The translations under genes and the position numbers were made by a program. This document shows, piece by piece, positions 37,486-49,954 of a stretch of DNA of 64,000 bases. Location of the stretch: positions 132,184,001-132,248,000 of the forward strand of contig NC_091283.1 of NCBI RefSeq assembly GCF_032444005.1, written 5' to 3'. The notes beneath the pieces were generated by a model. It ran no database searches, was not told the origin of the DNA, and worked only from the letters and a program-made list of their open reading frames with translations. Source of the DNA: Ranitomeya imitator (taxonomy: Eukaryota). Positions within the stretch are counted from its first letter, which is position 1, and every line of letters starts with the position of its first letter.

Positions 37486-38510
37486 GGCCGGTTTCACACG
37501 TCAGTGGCTCCGGTACGTGAGGTGACAGTTTCCTCACGTACCGGAGACACTGACTCACGTATACACATTAAAATCAATGTGTCTGCACATGTCAGCGTGT
37601 ATTCACGGACCGTGTGTCCGTTTGGAAAACACGAAGACATGTCAGTGTTCGTGGGAGCGCACGGATCACACCGACCCATTAAAGTCAATGGGTCCGTGTA
37701 AAACACGTACCGCACACGGATGTTGTCCGTGTGCAGTCCGTGTGCCGTGCAGGAGACAGCGCTACTGTAAGCGTTGTCCCCCCCGCCTGTGGTGCTGAAG
37801 CCGGAATTCATCCCTTCTTCCCAGCAGCATTCGCTGGAAAGAAGGAATGAATAATCTTTTCTTTTTTTTTTTAAATAAATTTGCCATTAATCTGCCCCCT
37901 CCCACCCACTGTGCGCCCACCCGCTGGCATTAAAATACTTACCCAGCTCCCTCGGCGCTTCCATCCTCTCAGCGTCGCTGCTTGTCCTGTATGAGCGGTC
38001 ACGTGGTGCCGCATATTACAGTGATGAATATGTGGCTCCACCTCCCATAGGGGTGGAGCCGCGTATTCATTACTGTAATAAGTGGCACCACGTGACCGCT
38101 CATACAGGAAGAGCTGCGACGCTGAGAGGATGAAAGCGCCGAGGGAGCTGGGTAAGTATTTTAATGCCAGCGTGCGGGCGCACAGGGGGTGGGAGGGGGC
38201 AGATTAACGGCAACTTTATTTTAAAAACAAAAAACATTTTAAAAAAAGATTATTCATTCCTTCTTTCCAGCGAACGCTGCTGGGAAGAAGTGATGAATAC
38301 CGGCTTCAGCACCGCACGCAGGGGACAGCGCTTAACTGTAGCGCTGTCTCCTGCACAGTCCGTGTGGTCCTCAGTCGGCACACGGGCGGCACACGGCTGC
38401 CGCATGTGTGCCACACTGATGTGCTCCGTAAGCACACGGACACACGGACACGGATAATTCCGGTACCGATTTTTCCGGTACCGGAATTATCTGGACATGT
38501 GGGACAGGCC
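37486..38510. mobile_element. Harbinger-type MITE family X, copy 3
   Basis: GTA TSD; removing it restores Tc1 CAGTGGTACAGGAAG. Confidence 0.88.
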
Positions 38511-39264
38511 GTACAGGAAGAAGTCGGTATCGTTCAAGAAAAACATAATTTTCATGCAGGACAATGCTCCATCACATGCCTCCAACTACTCCACAGTGTG
38601 GCTGGCCAGTAACAGTCTCAAATAAGAAAAAAATAATGACATGACTCCCTTCTTCACCTGATCTGAACCTCATAGAGAACCTGTGGTCCCTCATAAAATG
38701 TGAGATCTACAGGGATGGAAAACAGTCCACCTCTCGAAACAGTGTCTGGGAGGCTGTGGTGGCTGCTGCACGCAATGTTGGTCATAAACAGATCAAGCAA
38801 CTGACAGAATCTATGGATGGAAGGCTGCCGAGTGTCATCATAAAGAAAGGTGGCTATATTGGGGTTTTGTTTTTGCATGTCAGAAATGTTTATTTCTAAA
38901 TTTTGTGCAGTTATATTGGTTTACCTGGTAAAAATAAACAAGTGAGATGGGATTATATTTGTTTTTTTATTAAGTTGCCTAATAATTGTGCACAGTAATA
39001 GTTACATGGACAAACAGATATCCTCCTTAGATATCCAAATTAAAAAAAAAAAACACTTCAACTTTCAAAAATATTAAGCTTTGATATTTATGAGTCTTTT
39101 GGGTTGATTGAGAACATAGTTGTTGATCAATAATAAAAATAATCCTCCAAATTACAACTAGCCTAATAATTCTGCACGCAGTGTATTTGTTCCACTCCTG
39201 GTTTTGGCTTACAAATCCTTATGTAAAATACTGACCAAATACTGCTAGTGTGACGGCAGCCTAA

Positions 39265-39646
39265 GGGTATGTGCACACGTAGATGGAACCTCTGCTGATT
39301 TTTCTGCACCTGTTTTGAGAAATCCGCAGGTAGAAAGCACTGCATTTTACCTGCGGATTTACCGCAGATTTGATGCGGGTTTTGTGCGGATTCCACCTGC
39401 GGTTTTATACCTGCGGATTCCTATTATGGAGCAGCTGTAAACCGCTGCGGAATCTGCACAAAGAACAAATATGCTGTGGAATAAACAATGCAGCGTTTCC
39501 ACGCGTTTTTTCCGCAGCATGTACACTGCGGATTTTATTTTCCATAGGTTTACATGGTACTGTAAACTCATGGAAAACAGCTGCGAATCCGCAGCATCAA
39601 AACCGCTGCGGATCCGCAGCAAAATTCGCAACGTGTGCACATAGCC
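39265..39646. mobile_element. Harbinger-type MITE (GGGTATGTGCACACG family)
   Basis: TIR GGGTATGTGCACACGT...ACGTGTGCACATAGCC, TAA/TTA flanks. Confidence 0.85.
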
Positions 39647-39860
39647 TTAACATCTTTTCTGGCTGAAGCTTGGCTAGCTTAACACAGGTGTTCTTCATTT
39701 ACGCTGTTTGTCCTATCAGCTTTTGGGTGCAGCTTTAAATACCTTCCCCTACTGGTGTTTCCTGCTGGTGATAGACTTTGTTGGATTCATTCACTGTGCT
39801 GTAGTTTGTGTTGTATGTCATCCCTTTATTTCTTAGGGAACTGCTACTCTAGCAATCTTA

Positions 39861-40617
39861 GGCCGGTTTCACACGTCAGTGGCTTCGGTACGTGAGGTGA
39901 CAGTTTCCTCACGTACCGGAGACACTGACTCACGTAGACACATTAAAATCAATGTGTCTCTGCACATGTCAGCGTGTTTTCACGGACCGTCTGTCCGTTT
40001 GGAAAACACGGAGACATGTCAGTGTTCGTGGGAGCGCACGTATTATACGGACCCATTAAAGTCAATGGGTCCGTGTAAAACACGTACCGCACACGGATGT
40101 TGTCCATGTGCAGTCCATGTGCCGTGCAGGAGACAGCGCTACTGTAAGCACTGTCCCCACCGCGTGGTGCTGAAGCCGCTAATCATTTCTTCTCTCAGCA
40201 TCGTTCGCTGGAGAGAAGATATGAAAACTCTTTGGGAGTTGGAACTCCCTACGGGAGGTGGAGCCGCATATTCATCCCTGTAATGGGCGGCACCACGTGA
40301 CCGCTCATACAGGAGAAGCTGCGGCGAGGACAGGAAGCAGCGCCAGCGAGGGAACCGGGTAAGTATTTACGGGGGGGGGGGAGGGGAGGCGCACCGGGGG
40401 TAGGAGGGGGTTGGGGACAGGAATCTGGAGAGAAGAAATGATTAGCGGCTTCAGCACCAGATGCAGGGGACAGCGCTTAACTCTAGCGCTGTCTCCTGCA
40501 CGGTCCGTGTGGTCCTCAGTCGGCACACGGATGCCGCACGTGTGCCACACTGATGTGCCACATAAACGCACGGACACACGAACACGGATAATTCCGGTAC
40601 CGATTTTTTATCTGGCC
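39861..40617. mobile_element. Harbinger-type MITE family X, copy 4 (internally deleted)
   Basis: TTA TSD on both sides; left TIR GGCCGGTTTCACACGTC, right end shortened. Confidence 0.82.
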
Positions 40618-41470
40618 TTAGGAGCTGCTAAGGACATTCAGGGTAAGCCGCTGTCGAGTGGGAGCGCCATTGCGTTATTTTAGGGTGCCAACCTTTGCGG
40701 TCAGGTAGGGACAGACCAGCGCAGAGTAGGGTTTTACCTAGTAGGGAACTGTCCAGTTCAGGTATTTGTCTCCCTGATTTGTACATTACCTCTGTGATTG
40801 TGCTTTGGAAGTCATAACAATTAAGTTACTTGTGTTTTTTTATTGCGTTTTTGAGTGTGTCTGTTTTATATGAGTTCTCCTTTTTTCATTTTTGACACTG
40901 CAGTTTTTTGGTGTGTCATGTATAAGGAGATGGACATATTGCACATATTCCCCCTTGAAGAACAAGTGTGTTATTGTAAGGTGTAACATGAATAGTGATA
41001 TGCATTAATGATGTATGCTGCTTGACAGTAGGAAAAGCAAGAGTTAATGGTTGGGACTAGCCCAAAGTAGGAAGGGCTAAGTTGAAGGGACAGTGACACT
41101 TTCCTGTCAGGAGTTTAGAAAGGGTCCAGTGTGAATAGAAAGAAGACCTAAGGTCTAATGTGAGCATTGTGTGTCCTTATCCTGAGAGGAGACAGAGGCA
41201 AAGGATAGTGAGATCCTAGTGGAAGTGACTGAAAGAACAGAGTGATCAGAGAGGGGTCCTGTGTCCGGATGCCTAGCAGTATGGCCCAGAGTTCATTACT
41301 CACACAGGTAACGAGCCTCAGAAGGACAGAGTACATAAGATGAAGAGAGAGCGTCAGGTAGGAGTTCCAGAGCGTCAGAGACAGGGAAGATAAGCACCTG
41401 CCATACTGTCAATATAGTCTTCTAGAGGGGAATCAAGATGTGGAACCGCGGGTTGAGAATCGGACTCTTA

Positions 41471-41843
41471 GGGTATGTGCACACGTTGCAGATTTCCTGC
41501 TGATCCGCAGCGTATTTTGCGGTGCAGAAACGCTGCGGATCCTCAAGTGATTTACAGTACAATGTAAATCAATGAGAAAAAAAAAACGCTGTGCTAATGG
41601 TGCGGAAAGTTCCGTGCGGAAACGCTGCGGATTAAAAGAAGTAGCATGTCACTTATTTTTTGCGGATCTGCAGCATTTTTGTACCCATTCCACTATAGAA
41701 AACCGCAGGGGTAAAAAAACGCAGTAAATCCGCACAAAATCTGCACAAAATACGCATCAAATCCGCACCCGCGTTTTCTGCCAAGAGATGCAGAATCCAC
41801 ACCAAAAATTCCTAAGCCTAATCCGCAACGTGTGCACATGGCC
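41471..41843. mobile_element. Harbinger-type MITE (GGGTATGTGCACACG family)
   Basis: TIR GGGTATGTGCACACGTTG...CAACGTGTGCACATGGCC. Confidence 0.85.
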
Positions 41844-42657
41844 TAACTATCTCTTACCCTTTCCTCTTCCCCCACTGTTTTATTTCCTGTTGTGTTGTAA
41901 AATTGGTTCCCCGCATGAGGATTTAATGCTTTCTTCTGTTGTAGAGGTGCACTGCAACATTTACATAATTCAACTAATTATGTAATTATTATTAGGATAC
42001 TAAAAAGAACTGACATAAAGAATAAAAGTTGTATATTAAGAACTTTATGAAAAAACTTTATTTAATAACTTAATGTACATAAAAAAAATCATTGTTGTAA
42101 ATATGCTAATGGAGAACTTTGTGATTGGGCACATACATCAGCAGAGTTCACCAACTTTTCCAGGCTGAACATAAACTGATGAATCATTTATCGAATTCTG
42201 TTAACCAGAAAATACAGTACATAAATGATTAGTAACTGTACAAATAAAGCCCAACTATCATTTTTTTTTCTTCCAGAAGCCACATCCTTGTGCTTGATCC
42301 AACATGAGAAAGATCCAAGTGGTGTTCCGCAGTCTCCATTGACTCAGGATATGTGCACCCAGCGCACATGATTCACTTGCATATCTTTCTTTGACAGATG
42401 TTGCCTTGTAATCCCAGTCTGACGGCTATCCCCACAATGATGAATACACTCAGACAATAACCTTACACAATATAAATATACATAAATATTCACACCAAAC
42501 TAAGACCTATTGAACATACACTATACACTCTCATTTGTTGAGGCTTTCACCACCATTTTGCATTGGGCGGATTATAAGACTCTTTGTAAATATCTGAATT
42601 CACAGTTTTTTCTTCTCTCGGCTACAAAATATTGCAAATAATAAGAATGTTTTGCCT

Positions 42658-45600
42658 TTATTGGAGCAGTAGTGGAAGCTGTGAGCTATCTCTGATACTT
42701 TCTAGATTTTCTACCATCTGTATTACAGCCTGAATTTGGTCTTTCTGTAGGATATCTCCAGCATTGGACAAGAATTTCTTCAGCAGAGATTCTCGGCTCA
42801 AAGGTTTCCTCCAGTGCCCATAAAAAGTGTCACATTTTCCTATGATCACATCTCCATTTTTGAGCAGGAGGGCCACTTCTCCATACATCTTATCAAAGTT
42901 GGCTTCATTGTCCTGTGGGTGCTCCACTACCACTTTGCTCAGGAGATTATGGATTTCCTTACGAAACATTTTGTCGTCGTGGAAAGACTTAATGTTGACT
43001 TCTCCATCCAGTAGTGCCGTACAGGCATTGTACTGGAAGGAGTGACGAGCCTGATGTTCAGAGTCAGGGTAGGGTCTATTGATGTATTTGGAGACTGGAA
43101 TTTTAAGAACAATAGTCTGAATGGCAGATGGGTTGAATGATCCATACTGCTCTTCAAACCTGCTCCTCACCGAGACGGCAGCATTCACTATCCAGTGCAT
43201 TCCGAGATGGGCTGGGAAAGACTTGAAAGCAATGTCTTGCTTCTCAAGAAGAAACTTGTACTGCTTTCCAGGTGAAGCAAGAGCTTTAGGCTGGTAATCA
43301 CCATAAAAAGCACTAAAACCAGAGCATCCAGGCACATCATCAAGTATGAGAGAGTTGGCCTCCATACCATTAGCAGCCAGAATGGCGGCTTCCAGACCTA
43401 ATCTAGTAGCATTGCCGATGTGTAATGGCTTAGCTAGAGTGGCAGCATTTGCCATCGGAGCACCAGCAAGAGAGGCTGCGATCGCCAGGGCATGGGTACA
43501 TTGATCTTTGTCTAGTGCAAGAAGTTTGGCTGAAGCTGCTGCACTTCCCATGGTGCCAACGACAGAAGGTGGATGAAACCTGTAGTAAGAAAACAGCAGT
43601 TCATGAATTATTTCCAATATATTAAGCAATGTAACATAATTTTCTTAACCAGTAGGGCTAACTACTCACTTTTTAGGAATATTCTTTGCTTCACTGGAGA
43701 AACTCATCAGTCTTCCTTGAATTTCAATCCCCACATTGAAAGCTGTCAGGAGATCTTCACCACTGACTCTTCTGTCATTTGAAAGCATCTGAGACAGCGC
43801 CAGGATGGCAGGAAGCACAGCGCCTGATGGGTGGGTGGCAGGGTGCCATGTATCATCAAAGTCCATAGAGTGTACCTGGGAGAATGGGCAGATTAGCTAT
43901 ATAAGCTTTATTTTGTGCTGTGATTCAAAGGGTTCTCCAGTATTGTGATAAGTCTGCAGTCACTTCTGAATCCTTACAGCGCTCACACTGCATGCTGTCA
44001 GGATTCTCCGGTGTTACCAGTAAAAGCAGGCGGTCATGTGACCGTATGTGTGTAATTAGCATACTTCCAGCCACATTCTAACTAGACGTACTTGACTTCG
44101 TTCAATACAAGTCAATTGTGCTAGGCCGTGCATCTAGTCGGCATGTGAGCACATTTGTGCAAATCGCATACTCGTGGTCACATGCCTGCCTGCTTTTACC
44201 GGCAACATCGGAGAATCCTGACATTGTAAAGTGTGTACGGCGTTAGGATTCAGACATCTGAAGTCACATATCCATGTCTCAGCCCCTACCTCATCTTGCC
44301 CTCAGATTACGTTGCAAAATCCTGCTGACAGATACCTTTTATTGAGATAATAAAATCAGAGTGACTGCAGACTTTTATTACAAGATCAGACAATCCCTTT
44401 CATAATTGATTAATAATTAATACTGATTATTATCTAAGAGTTCCGATTACTATGCCTCTTTTTTTTTATATATATGTGGCGCCCCAGGGTCCTGGTCATC
44501 ACAGTGGCATTGCTTTCCTCACGGGGAGAGTGATGTCAAGCTTGGAGGCAAGGAAGTATAACTTTCACCAGGTAAACACAAACATGCAACATGTTCACAC
44601 TCCAGGTCACAAGGGGGAGCTCTGATCCTGCTTATGGGTGGCTCCCATATATATATATATTGTGGTTTGGAGGAAAAGTGAGTCAGATAGTGCCAGACAG
44701 CAGACTGGCAGACTGGATCAGTCTGAGGCAGGAAGACGTGTGAGGGGCCGTTCAGCCTGATGTGTTGCAGCCCCTGGGTAGTGAGACTTAGAAAGACGAA
44801 CAGACTTGCAGTGAATGTGCAGGAGAGGGAAGCACGGGCGAGTGACATCTGGGGAGGACAGCTGCGACTGGGCTACCTCCCTGACATAGCGCAGATACCA
44901 GTAGCTGGAAGACCGAGGTTGTGAGGGACTCTAAGACTTACAGCAGAAACCGGCAGGACAGCTAGATTATTACAAGTAACCTGTCCACCCTAACACCCAG
45001 GAGACACAGTGGCACATAGAGCCCGGGTCGTGATAGAGACCCTGTAAAAAGGCTCGAGTCACCTGTCATACGGGTTTGTGTCCTAACCTTCATGGAGGAC
45101 AAAGAGAACTGTGAGGACCTTGCCAGAAGCCATAGGCAGTAAGGGACTACAATACCACCACGCTTAGAGGAAGGCTTTCATCTCCACCTGGTGAAGGGGA
45201 CTCCCAACTTGCTTCCAAGCCGGCCGGACCCTGCCTGTACCTGTGATCTGGTGTCCTGGAGTGCGGTTGCCTGAAGCTACAGTAAATCAGGTAAAGAGAC
45301 TGCAAACCTGTGTACTCATTCTTTACTGCATCATTCACCATTTCCATCTACACATGGGAGCCCTGGGGACCTACTTCACCTGTGGGAAGTTATACCATCT
45401 AGCTGCCATACCATTACCCCAGAGGACCCCTTTAAGCAGCGTCGTTTCCCACTGACCGAATACCACAGGTGGCGTCACATAAACTTTAATCAATATCCCT
45501 TTTTCATGGGCGCCCAGGGCCACGGACCGGGTCGCCACCGTAACACGTCCCCTTAAGTACTGGACCCGGGACCTAGTGCCCCACGGCTCTGGCGGGCGTT

Positions 45601-46646
45601 CCATATACTTACAGCAACACCATTAGCATAGGCCGCCAGGGTCGGTGAAAGCTTTAAACCTTTTTGACCGTAGACAGAACAAAAGGCAGAATTTCCAAAG
45701 GATGAGAAGTGCAGGTCCTACAATATGGAATAATGCACAGAATCATGTAACCATTACAATATTTCTATGATAAATATACAATTATAGATACAACCTCTGT
45801 CACACTTGTGTAATGAAGAATGACAGACCTGATACATGTTCTTCAATACTTCCAACATTTACAATATAACACTACCTTACACCTGTGTCTGGGGAGCATC
45901 TATTTCAGTATAATTTGGAAAGTATATTACAAGAATATATTGTTCTTGTAGAAAGGTCTAGGTCTATTGCGGTCACAATCTGCTGTATTTGTGTTTAGCC
46001 TTTGCTCCTTCTACGTGCTCCTTTACAATCCCATAGGTCGCGGTTGTTGCTTTACCTGGCAGTATTTCACCACAATCTTGAAGACGTGTGTGTTGCTTCC
46101 AACCAGTCCCACACCAATGTTGTCCAGTATCATGCGTTTACTTCTGTGACGGACAACATCCGACAGATGCTCCGGGCGGATCCCATCGATAAATGATGCA
46201 AAACTGCCGGTTACTGAGTCTTCCAACTGGTTTCCAACAATCACTGGAATTAAACGTATCACATTATTAGCAGTGCGCCGATCCTCTGCTGGTCAGTGGG
46301 ATTCTTACTTTCTTCTTACATTGGTTTAATCTGTGTGTGATACAACGTCTCAGAAAGTCGCTGTCAGCATTACCATCATTCTGGCCGCACGATACAAGGG
46401 CACATGGAGGCAAAGATACAACTTTGGGGGTAACATGAGAACTATTTTATTTACCTTTCACAGCAGACTTGTGAATATGTCTTGATAGTTTATGAACTTT
46501 CTCAGTGTTCTAGAAGAAAGAGAAAACATTGTGACTAGAATATTTGTGGAGAGCACGCGACATTCATATATTTATGCCACATTGGTATAGAATATGCAGG
46601 ATAACTCCTCCAGTGTGAGAAACTGACAACTATGATTCTCCAATTT

Positions 46647-46686
<40 letters not shown>

Positions 46687-47837
46687 TCACATACAACTAA
46701 GTGTTGTGTCGTCCATCTATTATTCTGCCATTATTCTTTTTGTAATTGTAGGAGTCTATTGAGAATTGAGTGTTATCACCCAATAGGACACGTGGTCCAT
46801 GCACGGTGTGACACTGTCAGCACTGACTGAACAGTATCTGGCTGTGTAGAGTTACTCCTTATCAGAGGAATGGTAGCAATAAGTTTTATGCCAGAATTCT
46901 GGCACAAAAATTGCGCAGCAGGGACCTCACTCCTTTTGGTATCTGAGTTATGTTTATTCGGTAATGCCTTTATTGTCTGTACAAGTCTCCCCTAAATTTA
47001 TGTAGCGCTGTGTAATTTGCTGGTGCTATAGAAATAAAAATTATTATTGTTATTATTTTCATGTTTTAATATAAAAATGAAAACAACTGCAATATATCTA
47101 AAATAATAATTATATTAATTATAATTAATCATTCATATATATTAAGTATATATAAATAAGTATACAATAGTATATATTATATACTTAATTATGAAATAAT
47201 TAATATATACAAAATGTATGTAAAAGTATTGCGGATTATTTAGTAAAGTGACAATGATGGTATAGGAAAATCAAGAGACTAGTTAATTTGCTCTAAATTT
47301 AGAAAACTGAATTTGAGTGTAACACTTGATCCGACCAAAGAGGGCGCTCCATCTTCACACCACTTGTAAAATGCAAGTGATTGACATATAAAAAAAATTG
47401 CAATGTATTTGTATACAATTACGGTAGATGAATTTATTTTAACAAAATAAACATTGAATATTTTGGTTAAAATGTTTCAAAATAGCCTGAATTTCCCAAA
47501 TGATTGCAGAAGAAAAAAACGTAGTAAAACAAAATAAATGTGGGAAAATGTGATCTCTTGCTGAAACGCAATTGTGGCATGCATAAAATGATATAACACG
47601 AAACAATGATAATTATACCATGCTGTTTTTGCAAGTTTGAAATATAATATATTTATAGCATGTACACAGGTGCATTTCAGTGTTAGAGAATGAAAATGTG
47701 AAAAATAAGTACATCTATCTAAATATGTATGCATGTCCTTATGGGAAGAAATGTGGGAGAAGAAAGAAAGAAAGTTTTAAGGAAATGAATTGAATACTCT
47801 CATATGTCTCACTTACATTGACGAGTGCAGAAAGCAT
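42658..47837 (-). CDS. ACOD1: cis-aconitate decarboxylase-like (ACOD1/IRG1-like, MmgE/PrpD family), 498 aa, 6 coding exons
   Basis: Exons (minus) 47837-47817 (MLSALVN), 46509-46455, 46243-46056, 45717-45613, 43875-43670, 43579-42658. GT..AG introns, 1497 nt open. Motifs SMDFDDTWHPATHPSGAVLP, FHPPSVVG, AKPLHIGNA, AFKSFPAHLGMHW, KYINRP. The first two small exons are the least certain. It is probably the irg1-like paralogue. Confidence 0.93.
44475..45603 (+). mobile_element. Solo LTR (same family as 11111-12214) in intron 4 of the ACOD1-like gene, antisense to the gene
   Basis: TG...CA termini with a TATA 4-bp TSD; shares GGGGACC..CTTCACCTGTGGGAAG and GACCCCTTTAAGCAGCGTC blocks with the 11111 element. 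Confidence 0.88.
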
Positions 47838-47930
47838 TGTGAGGACTCTTGAGTCGTCTGCGCTGTGATTTTTGAGGTCCTGTTTTGCTGTCTGGTGTCT
47901 CTAGTTCTGTCCAGAGATTTTTATTTGGTC

Positions 47931-48209
47931 CATATATATCACCTGTATCCTTACATCATTGTCATACCAAAGGAAATAGGTGGAGTCCACGTAAGAATTT
48001 ACACCCAGGAAACACAGGGAATAATTCTCTGATTCTCTGTAGGAAGTGGAGTAGCTGACACCATAACAAGTTTTCACTCTTCAGTACGTCACTATAATCA
48101 TTATCTTGTAAGTCTCTGTTTTTCCAGATCCAGTTCCTGCTCAAGAGTCACAGTCTGATGTAACCATCACCATAATGGAGTCGTGTGATTAGCCTCAGGG
48201 GAGCTTTCT
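47931..48209 (-). promoter_or_regulatory. Putative promoter of the ACOD1-like gene: TATA-like site and two C/EBP-ATF composite motifs
   Basis: TATATAT 47932-47938; TGATGTAA at 47951-47958 (minus) and 48156-48163 (plus); weak kB-like GGGGAGCTTTC at ~48199-48209. Confidence 0.35.
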
Positions 48210-48857
48210 AATTAGAAGGCAATAACACTTTACAGTAAACTCATGAAACTTTTCTTGCAAACTTGTTTATCAGGTTATTTTGAATTTTACCTATGACTAG
48301 TATGACTAGTGATGGGCGAACATGTGGATGTTCAGGTCTGGCGGATTTATCCAAACATCTTAAAATGGTTGCTTTTGGTACCCTAACAGTACCCGAACCC
48401 ACACCCCACTCAGATGTATAGGGGACCCAAACATTCGTTGTTTGCTATGCTGTCATCTGCATGACAGTGCAGCAAATATAGGTTCTGAATGGCTGTAAGA
48501 TTGTTACCACCAGTCAAAAACCTATGGTTCCCCCTCTGTCAGATGACACTGTGAGTCAGCAGCTGTGACTAGCGGTAAAAAGGTTACCTTCGGTCACACG
48601 CGTTGGTTGATGAGATAGTACTACTCCCATCAGCCTAAGCCTGCTGTTGCTGAAAACAGCAAGAGCAAGCACTGCTGATGGGAGTATTCATCAGCCGACA
48701 CCTGTGCTATAAAAAAATAAAAATGATGTGGGGTCTCTTATATTTTTGATAACCAGCACAGGAAAAACTTACAGCTACGGGCTGCAACCCACAGCTGTCA
48801 GTTTTATCATGGCTGGTTATCAAAAATAGAGGAGTCCTCATGTTTTTTCAATTTAAA

Positions 48858-48975
48858 TTTATTTTTATATAGCGCTAACATATTCCGCAGCGCTTTACAG
48901 TTTTGCACACATTATCATCACTGTCCCCGATGGGGCTCACAATCTGCATTCCCTATCAGTATGTCTTTGGAATGT

Positions 48976-49006
<31 letters not shown>

Positions 49007-49119
49007 ACGCAAACATGGAGAGAACATACAAACTCTTTGCAGATGTTGTCCATGGTGGGGTTTGAACCCAGGACTCCAGCACTGCAAGGCTGCAGTGCTA
49101 ACCACTGCGCCACCGTGCC
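48858..49119 (-). mobile_element. tRNA-derived SINE with an L2-type tail
   Basis: Reverse complement of the 23416 family: GGCACGGTGGCGCAGTGG..GGTTCAAACCC..tail. Confidence 0.88.
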
Positions 49120-49560
49120 AAAAACGCCGCGGGGTCCCCTCCATTTTTTACTACCAGTCAAGTTAAAGGAGACAGCTGGGAGCTGGTATTCTCAGGTTGG
49201 TGAGGGTCCATGGATATTGACCCCCCAGCCTAAAAATAGCAACCATCCTAGAAAAGGTGCATCTATTAGATTCTGGTGTTAATTATGGTGATTTGCTCGG
49301 CTCTTCCGACTTGCCCTGGTGCAATGCCAAGTGGGGTAATATTTGTGGGGTTGATGTCAGCTGTTTTTTGGCTGCTGACATTAAGCCCACAAGTTAATAA
49401 TGGAGAGGGGTATATAAGATGTCTCTCCTTTTCTAACCCCATAGTTAGATTGTTAAAAGGACACAGCCAGAATAAAATCCTTTATTTGAAAAAGACACTG
49501 GCTCTTTTATTTGAATTAAAAATAAAAATAAGCACAGTTATACTCATCTATTCCATTGAA

Positions 49561-49622
49561 GGCACGATGGCGCAGTGGTTAGCACTGCAGCCTTTCAGTG
49601 CTGGAGTCCTGGGTGTTTGCGT

Positions 49623-49653
<31 letters not shown>

Positions 49654-49791
49654 ACATTCCAAAGACATACTGATAGGGAATTTAGATTGTGAGCCCCATC
49701 GGGGACAGTGATGATAATGTGTGCAAAAATGTAAAGCGCTGCGGAATATGTTAGTGCTATATAAAAATAAAGATTATTATTATTATTATTA
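49561..49791 (+). mobile_element. tRNA-derived SINE, internally deleted
   Basis: GGCACGATGGCGCAGTGG head, shared body and (ATT)n tail. Confidence 0.85.
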
Positions 49792-49954
49792 TTGAAGCCC
49801 TTGTCCCCTGTAAAAAAAAGTAGATAATAAACAACCATAATACTCTCCTGTCCAAAGTGAAGATTAGCAATACTGTCCCATGCCGTAATCCATATCTGCG
49901 ATATGTGGTTTACAACCTGAACTGTGGCATGATGCGACCGTCCAGGCTAAAAAC

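Larger units (their letters stand above)
35736..39183 (+). mobile_element. Tc1/mariner transposon, degenerate, interrupted by two MITEs
   Basis: TA-CAATGAGTGCAGAATTATT...AATAATTCTGCACGCAGTG-TA termini. Transposase remnants GQKRDLTGSEKSKIVRCLAEG.. and SPDLNLIENLW-like at ~38650-38700. Confidence 0.88.

Noticed and set aside
46227-46228. Alternative phase-0 acceptor for ACOD1-like exon 3 (CAG|TTGGAA)
   Set aside because: It would put a TGA in frame in the 55-nt upstream exon; the acceptor at 46244-46245 keeps the frame open back to the ATG at 47837.
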